Of a stretch of 60,000 nucleotides of DNA, positions 23,168 through 34,715 are shown in pieces. The notes under the pieces are model-generated. The model searched no databases. It saw only the letters and a list, made by a program, of their open reading frames with translations, and was not told where the DNA came from. The DNA is from Lytechinus pictus (taxonomy: Eukaryota), in the NCBI RefSeq assembly GCF_037042905.1, contig NC_087245.1, positions 38,380,001 through 38,440,000 of the forward strand, given 5' to 3'. The position numbers were made by a program, and so were the translations under genes. Within the stretch, counting starts at the first letter, position 1, and every line of letters begins with the position of its first letter.

Positions 23168-26100
23168 CTGTAAAGATAGAATGATATACTATTTGTTCAA
23201 AACACATGTATAAAATACAACTGACATGAGAGACTTTGTAACAACTTACATAATTGCCTGTTGTAGTTAATTTTGTAACAAAATTACCGGGTTCGAACCA
23301 ATAACAAAATTGAGTAGGTTTGAAAAAACACTTGGCGCCCACTAGCGTACCTACGGGGGGGGGAGGGGTGGGGGGCAGAGGGGCAGTCTACCCCCCCCCC
23401 TGACGAGCCACCACCCATGCATGTATCCCTGCCCCCCTGACGAGCTTGAAAGACCTTTTTGCCCCCCCCCCCCGACGAAAATCCTGGAAAATCCTAGGTA
23501 CGCCACTGTTGGCGCCTGAAACAAAATAATCAGATGGAGTAAGGAGAAAATGTTAAAGAATAAAGAGAAGAGAAGATGGGTGAGAAGAGAGAGAGGGAGA
23601 GGGAGGGGGGAGATGATGGAGAGAGAGGGGGAGGGAGAGATATCATAATGTGAGCGGCCACCGCTCACAATGTTTGCCATTAATCAGTTAATTGGGGGAA
23701 ATGGTTTCATTTACACAATTTAATACAAAATACAAAGTGGAATATAAGTTTTCAAGGAAAAAAAAACTAAAATAGGTACACTCTTAAAATAGTTGGGCAA
23801 AATATGCCAACTTTTAACCAACCCTCGGCAACATACTGTCCATACAACTATTGGTTAAAATCTGCCTATATTGGGAAATAAAAACTAACAATTGGGTAAT
23901 AAATTTGCTCAATTTGATATAATTGCCCAAAATATATAATATATTTTTTAATAACATACATTACCCAACACAGTGGACAGTATGTTGCCCAACATTTTAA
24001 GTATGCTTATGAGATGTCAAAGTGGAATGAATTCATAAGATAATGCTAGTTACACTCTAAATTTCACGTCTTTAAGTTCTTTTATGTATCCTCTGATCTC
24101 CTGTAAATAGTGACTATCAGAACTCTGGATTTAGACCCAGGGGCGGAAATCCCAGGGGGGGACGTGTCCCCCCTACTCAAAATAGTAGGGTGGACACAAT
24201 ATCAAATGTCCCCCTACTATTCGTGGTCTTTTACGGTGGTAAGATATACATCATTCAAAATCGAAATAAAACATGTATGTCAGGACGAGATGGCCTTACT
24301 TTTGGGATGATTTTTTGTTTGCTTGTCAAACTTTTTGTTGTGCAGAGGTCAGCAGGTCAAAATAGGGAACTTAGTCTCGAATGTTCGTGTTACCAGCACT
24401 GGTGTACCACAGGGCTGCGTACTATCCCCAGTGCTTTTTTCAGTTTATACAAATGACTGTGTATGCGCAGGTGACAACTGTGTAATGATAAAATACGCGG
24501 ACGACACAGTCATAACGGGGTATATCCGATCGAACGATAATGCCGACTCTTACTTTTCAACTATTCAACGGTTCGTTGATTGGTGCGATAACCACCATTT
24601 ACAACTAAATGTAGCCAAAACGAAAGAAATGGTGATACATTTTCATAAGAACACCCATATAGATCACGTGCCCCTTTGTATCAAGGGCACTGCTGTCGAG
24701 CAGGTTAGTGAGTATAAATACCTTGGCACTACCTTATCATCTAAGTTAGACTGGTCAAGTAATGTTAGTGTTATACAGAAGAAATGTAACCAAAGGCTCT
24801 TTTTCCTCGGACAACTAAGGAAAATACGTGTTGATAGCACTCTCCTTGTCTTGTTTTACAAGTCAATTGTTCAGTCAATCTTAATATTTAATTTCATTTG
24901 TTTCTTTGGTAATTTGACATCTGCTAGCAAGAAAAGACTAGAAAGAATAAGGAAAACTGCTCAACGTATCATCGGGAAAGAATTGCCAAGCATTGAAGAT
25001 ACATATGTTGATCGAGTCCTCCTGAAGACCCTACACACCCCTTTTTTATTTATTACAACTACAATCGATCGGGAATTCGTTTGTGCGTCCCTCGCACTAA
25101 GCGAAGTCGATCTAGATTCTCATTTGTACCAGACTCAATTCACATATTTAACTGTAGGGCAAGACGTGGTCAAACTGCCTTGTAGACTGATGTATCTTAG
25201 ATGGCAGGGGTTGGGGATCAGTCCCCTGGGAACAGCATGTTACTTATTTAATTCATGTTTATATAACCATTAAAATATTTATTTAGTCATAACGCCATTT
25301 TGCTGTTATATACTGTCAATTATCATTTATTGGTATACATTGTATTTGTAAACTTGTTGGTAACCAGCGAGCACCAAATTTCCATTTGATTGGACAATAA
25401 ATAAATTCAATTCAATTTAATTCAAATTTATTTTCGTCGAAATTACTTTAAATCTTAAATTTGGGGTGATAACTTCTTTTTTTGCTCGTCAAATTTTCCA
25501 GCCTCTTGTCCCCCTACCTTTTGGGATAAATTTCCGCCCCTGTTTAGACCCAAATCAATTTGAATTTAGATTTGAATATGAAATCTTTATGATTTCGATC
25601 TCACTAAAATTATCCGTAGTCAACTTGTATTTATTTTGAATCTCAGAATTTCATATCAGAAAGGTTTGATTTGGGATCCAGACCATAACACAAATGTTGG
25701 CGATTAATCGCTAAATGGTGATGGCCAATCCAGATCGATATCACATTTGTGTTTGTTCAAAATACTCGCTAGAAACCAATCAGAGGTGTCCTTTCATATT
25801 TTGTATTCATCATAAACCTTTGTGTTACTGGGCCCTGATAAAGTAAGGGGAATACCCATTGTTAACGGTCGTTAATAATAACAATGATGGCAGTTTCATT
25901 CTCATTGGTTGCATGTCATTTGAAACCCCGGCGTTCATTGTGAGTTGTCTTATGATTAGTCAAATAACGAATGTATTGGAGATAATTTGTTCGACCCAAA
26001 AAAGAGTCTGGGTCAAACATGGTCAATTCTGGTAAATATTTTTACCAACACTTTGGTCAATTTGTAGGAAAATTTTGTCGGTTATTCACCAGCACATGAG

Positions 26101-29100
26101 TTATTTTGTCTAATTCTTTTAAGAATGTGCATTCATGATTGTATAACACTCGCACTTCAGGAGAACAACCTACAAGTTTTGCCTATTTATTGTTTACTTG
26201 CAAATTTTGTGGTAGAAAACTTGTATAGAGAATAAAGTTACTCTTTTCAGGGTTGTTGTCATTCTGTGGGCACAAATCATAAAAAAAGGACATACATAAT
26301 GTTGCATTTTGGATATGGAACCATGATTTGAACAGTCTTAAGGATTTGAACTAAATGCAGTTGCCATTTAAGTGTTCCTGATTGGATTATAGCTACAAAA
26401 TGTAATATTGTTTTTCTGCGGATTACAGTCCTATCAGATGTCATTTCACTTACCTTGCCTCCCTTTATGGCCATGCGTTTTGAGTTGGGCCCATTTTCGT
26501 TACAACTCAAATTTTCCTCCAAACTCGCACCGTTTCATTCAATTGCATTTGTTCTTATGTTTTACATCCTATACCCATAAAAATATATATATTCTAAAAT
26601 AAAATTATCTGAGGAATTCAAAATTGCAATCAGAACAGGCACAGGGTAATGTCTTTAAAAGTTAGAGGTCAAAATATGTGGAAAACTGTGAAAAAATATA
26701 CTTCCCAATATATCTTATGAGAAAAACTTTACACTCCATAGGAAAATAACATGCATATTTCAACTCTTGAGAGTGAGACTTTTCCAATGATATATCACTT
26801 GTTAGGGATAACTCTAACCAAAATAATTTTGCGCAATCATCTTTTAAGACAAAATTTCACATCACAATTTTTTTGGTACATATGTAAAAATGTCTGATTT
26901 ACCCCCAAATTATGTAGTCTTGCCTTTAGTTGCATGAATATACTTGCAAACACTAACAATTATATTATGATATATTTACTGTGGTTATTATGAATAAAAT
27001 ATAATTTGACTCAAATCGTGAGATATATCATCTCTTGGCTCAAAGACCGGTGGACGAAAGGTTGACAACTGAGAGTCAGGTTTAACATACACGCAAATGT
27101 AGGAAAAATGTGAATGTACAATGAAAAATTCTCAGAAGTGCTTTAGCTTAAACTTGGTGTGAGCAAAAACAACTAACATATTATAAATAAATTAATTTAT
27201 CTTACACCTGGCAAAATTACTTCGATTGTGTTATTTTATAGTGTTATGTTTTAAATATACCCTCTTGCTCGACATTCTGCACGACATGGCCTCTTGGTAC
27301 TGGGTCAATTGAATGTCAATGCCAATACAAAACACATTCTATGGGTACAATTAAATTGCCTCTGTTTTAGTGTAATATCAGTGTCGTTCTCAAGTAGTTT
27401 TTTGATAAATGGGAAAATATTCTCTGAACACCTTTGTGCCAGCCAAATAAGTGTCGTCAAATTGTAATGTGTCACCTACTGATTCATAAACGCAATGTAA
27501 TGTAACATTAAGAAAAAAGAATAAATGACATTAGATGAGGGCTTTATTGCTACAAACAAGTTTTCAGCAATCACAATTGCATAAAAGGTGCACTGGCTAT
27601 TTGTTGTTACCAGAATAATCTGAAGATTCGGACACATGAAAGTCATCATTGTCAGTCTACCCTCTCAAAATTGAAACCATGATGTCATAATTAACAATAT
27701 ATTGATTTCTCTCTTAAGTCTTTAATTTTAATTTGTGCTTTTGAAATTTTTGCAGCTTCTAAATTTTGTTGAAGGTGTAACCCACATCTATATTTTATCT
27801 CTCCTCATTTTCTTTACATCAGACAGTACTATTTTCATTCGTGGTAATTTCATGATTTACATCAATTAATTATAGTAATTAGCTTAAAGGAGAATGAAAC
27901 CCTTGAAACCAGCTGAATCCATATCAAAGAGAAAAATCAAAGAAACATATTGTTGAAAGTTTGAGGAAGATGGAATGAATAATAAGAAAGTTATGAGCAT
28001 TTGAATATTGAGATCACTAATGCCATGTAGATCCTCCCATTGGCAATGCGACCAAGATCTGTGATGTCACACACGTACAACTCCCTCATTACTACTTATT
28101 TCACTTAATAAGGTGAGGTGTTCTCTTTATGAGGGGACAAGTACAGAGGTTTCACAACATTATATCATTGATGAATTGTTTGTCATATGATTAGAATGAG
28201 CAAAAAGAGATGTTTTGGGGTATATTTTCAGTGTCCAAAAGGGGAGAGTTGTTCATCTGTGACATCATAGATCTTAGTCGCATTGCCAATGGGAGGATCT
28301 CCATAGCATTAGTGATCTCAACATTCAAATGCTCATAACTCTTCTATTGCTAGTCCTATTTTACTCAAACTTTTGTTGATCTTATTCTTTGATTTTTCTG
28401 CTTTCACAAAAGCTAACTTGCTCCAAGAGTTTCATTCTCCTTTAATTAGGTATCTTTTGAACTTCAGTTCAAATTTGACTCACTTATCATTAAAAAATAA
28501 GCCAGGGAGCCCCAAAACTATTACATATTTAGGTACTGTGATGTTACATATATTAAGTTTCATAATGAAATAAAGATTCATGCTCCCCTCGTCTACCACC
28601 ATGCAAAACTGGCCAATTGATTTAAATAATTGCTAAATACTGGTTAATGAAGTAATGTCAGATCTTTAAAGTAATTGGTATGAAGATTCCCTTTAATGTG
28701 ATACCAAATATACCCATGTAGCACATGTTTTTAAAGTTTTATACCATTCTGTGCTTGTCGCGCAAATGTAACGAACACAACGCATGGTGTTAAACAGTTA
28801 ATGGGGATGAACGCTCACAATCATACAACACAATCATATTTCAAAGTCCATATTTTAAAATGTTTGTTTCCAATCTTATATGATGTAGGCATATACTTCG
28901 CCAATGAATTATACAAGTCGAGGCACTATATACTGCACGTATCTACAAAACATTATACCCTTCACATTCATTTTCTCTTATACCAAGGTTAATACTTACA
29001 TGTGAGATGTTGTTGTTTGATAATAAGAGGTATTTTAGGAAAGGAAAACCTCTAAAAATCTCAGGTCGTATTCTTGCGATGTTATTGTAACGGAGCGAAA

Positions 29101-29287
29101 GATACGAAGCAGCATTGCATTCGACTGGTATCGTATCCAATGATCTGTATTCACAGTTCGCCTGCTGAAAAGCCTCCACGTAAGAGCATTTACGATGACA
29201 TGGCGAAGAACGTTGAGTTTCGGTGCTACGGCACATGAATAGTATGATCAAGATTAGTAAAAACTTATTAAAAGATTGAACTTCCAT
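22010..29287 (-). CDS. LRR single-pass transmembrane receptor-like protein, copy A (481 aa; coding exons 29287-29000 and 23167-22010)
   Basis: Signal peptide, LRRNT (CHRKCS...NC...SLDTIP), about 9 LxxLxLxxNxL repeats, LRRCT (GNPWHCDC...C..P...C), S/T-rich stalk, TM LLIVIVGVAVAFTILITLFVVFIVI followed by KIRKR, 66-aa tail without TIR. Splice CAT|GTAAGT...tttacag|ATC is phase 0. Confidence 0.9.
23340..23508. mobile_element. hAT-like MITE in copy A intron
   Basis: TIR CACTAGCGTACCTA/TAGGTACGCCACTG; 8-bp TSD TTGGCGCC. The empty site is visible in the copy B intron near 36099-36106. Confidence 0.88.
24138..25542. mobile_element. hAT-like non-autonomous element hosting a LINE fragment
   Basis: TIR CAGGGGCGGAAAT/ATTTCCGCCCCTG; perfect 8-bp TSD TTTAGACC (24130-24137, 25543-25550). 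Confidence 0.85.
24339..25425 (+). mobile_element. 5'-truncated non-LTR retrotransposon RT fragment, Rex1/Babar-like
   Basis: TGVPQGCVLSPVLFSVYT, KYADDT, WC..HLQLNVAKTKEM, YKYLG, QRLFFL; (AATTC)n-type tail near 25400-25425. Confidence 0.88.
27888..28441. mobile_element. Kolobok-like MITE with long TIRs (partial copy at 55659-56030)
   Basis: TTAA|AGGAGAATGAAAC...GTTTCATTCTCCT|TTAA; about 190-bp imperfect inverted arms. Confidence 0.75.
29000..29287 (-). CDS. LRR-TM copy A coding exon 1 (signal peptide, LRRNT, first LRRs)
   Basis: 288 nt, ATG GAA GTT to CAT|GTAAGT. Confidence 0.9.
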
Positions 29288-32200
29288 TCTAGATATTTCT
29301 TGTCCTGAAAATAACGATACGTATAAATTCAGCTTTCAAGAGCGTACAAACGCTTGGTTTGATGAAGCACGCTGTGTGTCAAGCAATTGAATTAATTCAA
29401 ATCTCCCACTCTTATTAGTATACATATTCATTACAAGTACGATTCTGTATGTCTTGTGATTGGCTGTAACTATGCGTCATTCATCTTGTGATCAGGGAAG
29501 TGGGAGGTTACTTTCCTGATGCTCATTCACTTCGTAGACGGGCAAATTTCATTAATCGTTATCATATTCAATTACATTTAAATCGTAACCGAAATGTGCA
29601 AAGGTGAAGCAGCGCTCTGATGAAGCTTTAACGGTTTTTTCCCCAAAGATTCCACACCTTACAAAATAAACCCGAAAGCTCTCATTCTTTATTCTCTCAA
29701 GAGCATATTGATTGAAATAATGTATATATAGTTCAATCATGGTGAAAGAAAATTGTTTAGTTCTCAGATAATTCGTTACTTGATCTATGCCACATTCTTC
29801 CAACACCTTTAGAAAAAAATATATATGTACGATTAATACAATAAAACTATACCCCAGTTTGTCAGTATAGGCCTACTCTCTGTTATGGTGATATTTTGTT
29901 GGTAATTGTTGATAATTCTAGTTCTATTCCGTCATTTTGAAGAGAATAATTTTGCGACCATAATCCCGATTCAGAATTATGTGAACCAATAAAGATGAAA
30001 TTTAGTATTATATCTCTTGGACCACAGCATGGCGGACATTAAAAATTATGAAGTGGGGATAAATAGGTTCGATATTGTAAATTTCTTTCTGTCGTTGCTG
30101 TTGATGATTACCTTCACCACTTTTCAGAAAATTGTAAAGAAACGGATAAACCTTGTGCCCCGTCAGAAAGCCTGGGTCATCTGCTTAGAACGAAGCCAAA
30201 CTGGGTGCTGAAGATAAATGAAAAAAAAAAAACAAGAGCATATTTCAAAATCCTCGCATGGCTGGGAGTTCAATGTTCACAAACGGATCATTATTTTTTG
30301 GCGCAAAGCCAGAGACGGTAACCATGGTGACTCCATAAATGAGTAAGTTCATTCATTCAGTAAAGGGTTTACAGTTCATATTTTCACACAATGGTTCGAA
30401 AAGCATCAAATCATGACTGAAACAGGCTAATACCAGCTTCTACCGGCTCAAATAAAGCATTTAATAATTATCAACCAATAAGAAAGGCTTGGTTACTTCG
30501 GGCAAAGGGTCATGCATGATCCAACTATTAATTGCAAGATGAAACCTCTCTGGTCTTACACTTTTTCTTTGACTCGGGCTCTAACTTCTCTCTTTGTTAA
30601 ATGTAATGTTAGCTTTATTTTTACAATGTTGCTCAACTTAGTTATTAAAAGAGATTTTTATTTATATCAATTACATTATTATCAATGATGAAAACAACAG
30701 TATGATAATAATAATAAAGGAAGGGAAATATAAGTGAGCATGTGCATGATGGGAAAATGCCTAATGTATACATATTTTAAAACATGAATAATTGTTTGCC
30801 AGAGTTTTTCTTCATTTTTCGGAGTTTTTTGGTAAAGTTTTATGCAATGTGCCCCTGGTATATTCATACGCAGTAAGGCTGATTTACTTAAATCAGAAGT
30901 TTTCTCGTCATGGATTAGAAAGTTAAAGCTCCATGTTATCGTCATCATCATTATCGTCATCATCATCACCACCATCATCGTCATCATTATCGTCACCATC
31001 ATCAATCCCTTTATCATAAATATCAAAATTATTAGCATTCCTTTTGGCGGATTGAATAACATACCTCTTTGAAAAGTTGCATATAAAAAATTAAAAATTC
31101 CACTAGGATTAAAATCATAGTATTGTATTTTTCATTTATCAATTTTAATTGAAATTTCCTTGATTATCTCACTAAAAATAAGTAATAATAATTAAAGAAA
31201 TCGTTTAGACAGAAATATTGTATATTTAAGTTTTTATTTAAATAACACAACAAAATCACAATTTTTAAAGGATTTACAAGATTAAAACATAAAATCAAGG
31301 ATCATACAAGTAAAAAAGAGAGCAGTTTAAAAATAAACAAGATAAATCTTTCAAAGATGAGACTCCGAGAACTACTTACGGATCTACCTACTCAGAACAA
31401 ATATCAAGAACTCAGATCTCTAAAAATGTTTGTTTCCTTATTGTGTTACTACTATTCCCTTAGGGGTGAATAGCTTAATAGAACAGAAAAAAAACTTTCC
31501 CCATCCACCGTGCCATATACCAGGCATATATTTAGTAAACATGAGTAGGCTATATAAACGGGTCAGCAAGGTGAACTAGTATTGAATATCTAAAAGCAAG
31601 CTAAAATTCAACTTTAACACATTCACTGATGACTCGATTCGAACAGAGTGAAGTATAAATGTAAGGTTTCGTGACATTTGCTCCGGCGACAATAGCTCCA
31701 ATGGAAAATCTGCTCGTTAAGCCAAACATAAAAGCTTAACTCCAAAAACTAAATGAACCCTAATCCTTATAGTTCCATTGCTCTGAACCAAAAACTCTAT
31801 TACTATCCTAAATGTACAATGCCCTCTAAAATATTAAGACCGGAGAAAATAGGCCTACAAAAATCCAACTGACCACTCATTGTTAGAATGTAACACCACT
31901 GGTCACTAAGGATGGATGGATGCATGCAGGTCTGTTTATACAATAACTATACTTGGTTTGAGAGGTGGATGCGGGGACCAATGAGGATGCGTGTGTGGAC
32001 GTGTGGGTGTGTATGTGTGTGTCTGTACGTGGTATGGAAGGATGTGTAAGAGTTTGTGTGTGGGTGTATGTGTGTGTGCAGTTGGGTGAGGATTTGTGTG
32101 TGTGTGGAGTATATGGTGTGCTTGGTGAACAGGGATGTATTGTTTCAATATAGCTCGACTTGGCACCGGTATTAAAGTGTTAATTATAGAAAACCTAATA

Positions 32201-33671
32201 TTTTCACTGTTAAAATCACGGCAATACACATTGATTCCACTTTTTAAAAAAATACATCAAAATGTCCATTATCATGACATGTAAAACATTTTATTTTCAT
32301 TCTGTAGTTATATGACTATAAATAAATAATGCAATGAAAAACAGTCCAAAACGTCAATGAAAACAAAGTTTAGCACAAATAATAACTGATAAAATCTCTT
32401 AATACTTTTGTTCGGACACGTTAGAGCAATAGTTTGTATTTTTTAAAGTAAAAAGGTGAAATTTCACTACAAATTTGGAAAATTCTTTATATCATGAAAA
32501 TTTAGTAAACATTCTTCTTTATACCTGATACTGCACTGTAAATTTATTCAACATAATGTCGACAGTTATGACAGTATAACTTCAGCCAACAGGTTTTCAG
32601 CCTATCAAATGTTTTGAAGTCCATGTACGCCTTATCTTAAACATTTCAAATATATGACATAACAATACAATACAATCCTATATAGTACAAAATATTCACC
32701 AGCAATGAAATTACCGTTTCTTTCATATCTCTACATAATTATTTACACTAATGACATTTCCATGGGGGTATAGATTTGTGGATTAAATACTTTCATATTG
32801 CTTATTATATTTCTGTATATATTTATGCCTAATCTACTCCCAACCGTGCATACAAAAAAATATTTTCAAACAATATTATTGTGATATTTACAATTATACA
32901 TTTATACAGAGAAAGGAAGGCGTGTATTCTCTGAAAGGCTTAAAAGGTATAAATACATTGCACATCATAATTGAAGGTGAAGAGAACATTGAAGAGTAAT
33001 GATAGGAAAAGGCACTTGGAAGAAAGTAGAGAAGGCTGAATCACCCGTAGACTGATTGCAACAAAATAAGATATTTGCAGGATATAAGTTACAATATATG
33101 TATATGAATATATTTACACCAGTGTTATACTGGAAAATTTTTAAGTAAAATAATAGTAGATGAAAGTTCAGCCACTGGGAAGTGTAATGATAACAAAATA
33201 TCAATTGTGTTGTGGCGAGTTTATTTTTAAAACACTTTGTATTCATATTTAAATATCCATTATGTATTGAGAATCACCAAATTGCAATCTGTTTAAGAGT
33301 CTAAATCGTTGAAAGAGTCGTTCAAATCTCTATAACACTTATTTATTTCGAGTTGTGTCCCATTTAAACGTTTGTTGTCGATACGACAGTTTGGCTGACC
33401 GCGCGCATCGAAATCGCGGTCAGTCAAAACGTCGTATCGCTCTGCTACAGTGCACGTTTCCAATAGGATTTGCGCATTTTATTAAAAATTTGTATGGCAT
33501 CCCCGTGAAAATCCCTTCATATCTCAGAAACTGAAATAAATTGCTGCCTAGAAATTCAGTTATGACTAGAATAGGACTTATACATTCATTTTCTCAAACA
33601 TCTCAATTTTTTTTTTAAAGCCAAAATTGACTAAGACGACGGTTCTGATGAACGCCGATGATAGATATGTA

Positions 33672-33750
<79 letters not shown>

Positions 33751-33754
33751 ATAT

Positions 33755-34465
33755 AAGACGATTTGACGTTGCTTGGAAGACCACAATTTAATCAAGCTTT
33801 CGGCCTTAGGCCTTCTTCATGGGTTCTATAAACAAAAGCGAACGAAACATAATCAATACTACAAAGGGAGGAACAGATGGACATATGGACATATAATACT
33901 GATATAATAACATATGTAACATAATCAATGGTACAGAGGGAGGAACAGATGAACATATGGACATATAATGCAGGTGTAATAGCATATGTAACAATGACGT
34001 CGTACGTATACAATATATGCAAATACATACATATACAGAATACATGCACATAAACATCTACATATATATAGACATACATATGTAAATATACACATACATA
34101 CACATATGATGTACAAACATGACGAATCTAATGTGGGGTAATTTTACCTGGGTCTTTGGGGTCTTTCGGGCTGACTCGGAGGTGTGTAGTGTCGTGCGTT
34201 CGGTTTCTGGTGATGTGATATATAATTGTTACATATGCTATTACACCTGCATTATATGTCCATATGTTCATCTGTTCCTCCCTCTGTACCATTGATTATG
34301 TTACATATGTTATTATATCAGTATTATATGTCCATATGTCCATCTGTTCCTCCCTTTGTAGTATTGATTATGTTTCGTTCGCTTTTGTTTATAGAACCCA
34401 TGAAGAAGGCCTAAGGCCGAAAGCTTGATTAAATTGTGGTCTTCCAAGCAACGTCAAATCGTCTT
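33755..34465. mobile_element. Penelope-like retroelement remnant: inverted 241-bp terminal repeats (33755-33995 and 34225-34465), each with a hammerhead-like motif
   Basis: Arms appear to be identical reverse complements. Motif TGAAGA-A-GGCC-TAA-GGCC-GAAA-GCTT is followed by ATTAAA. (TA)n flanks the unit on both sides. Confidence 0.65.
34397..34427 (+). ncRNA. Minimal type I hammerhead-ribozyme-like motif (non-canonical A at position 3); identical copy on - strand at 33793-33823
   Basis: CCCATGAAGAAGGCCTAAGGCCGAAAGCTTG: UGANGA core, 4-bp stem II, GAAA and palindromic AAGCTT stem III. Stem I is not convincing. Confidence 0.45.
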
Positions 34466-34536
34466 GTAATTTTTTCGCCTAAGTATTTGGTACAAGACAC
34501 AGTAGTCATGTTAAAGAGTGGATGCCTGTTTACATT

Positions 34537-34587
<51 letters not shown>

Positions 34588-34715
34588 AGGATGCCCTTGG
34601 GTTCGTGTGTATGTGTATATAAGAATAGAAAACTCAATTTTGTCCCCAACCTTTGAGGAGAGATTTCAGCTCTCCACTGAAAAAAATCGTTCCCAGGGCC
34701 CTGATTACACCGCTA

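Noticed and set aside
30682..31072. Hydrophobic ORFs on both strands
   Set aside because: They derive from an (ATC)n microsatellite.
33638..33660. CTGATGA as a further hammerhead core
   Set aside because: No stem II or GAAA follows.
33578..34414. Several ORFs rich in Y/I/M/C
   Set aside because: They are translations of microsatellite and inverted-repeat DNA.
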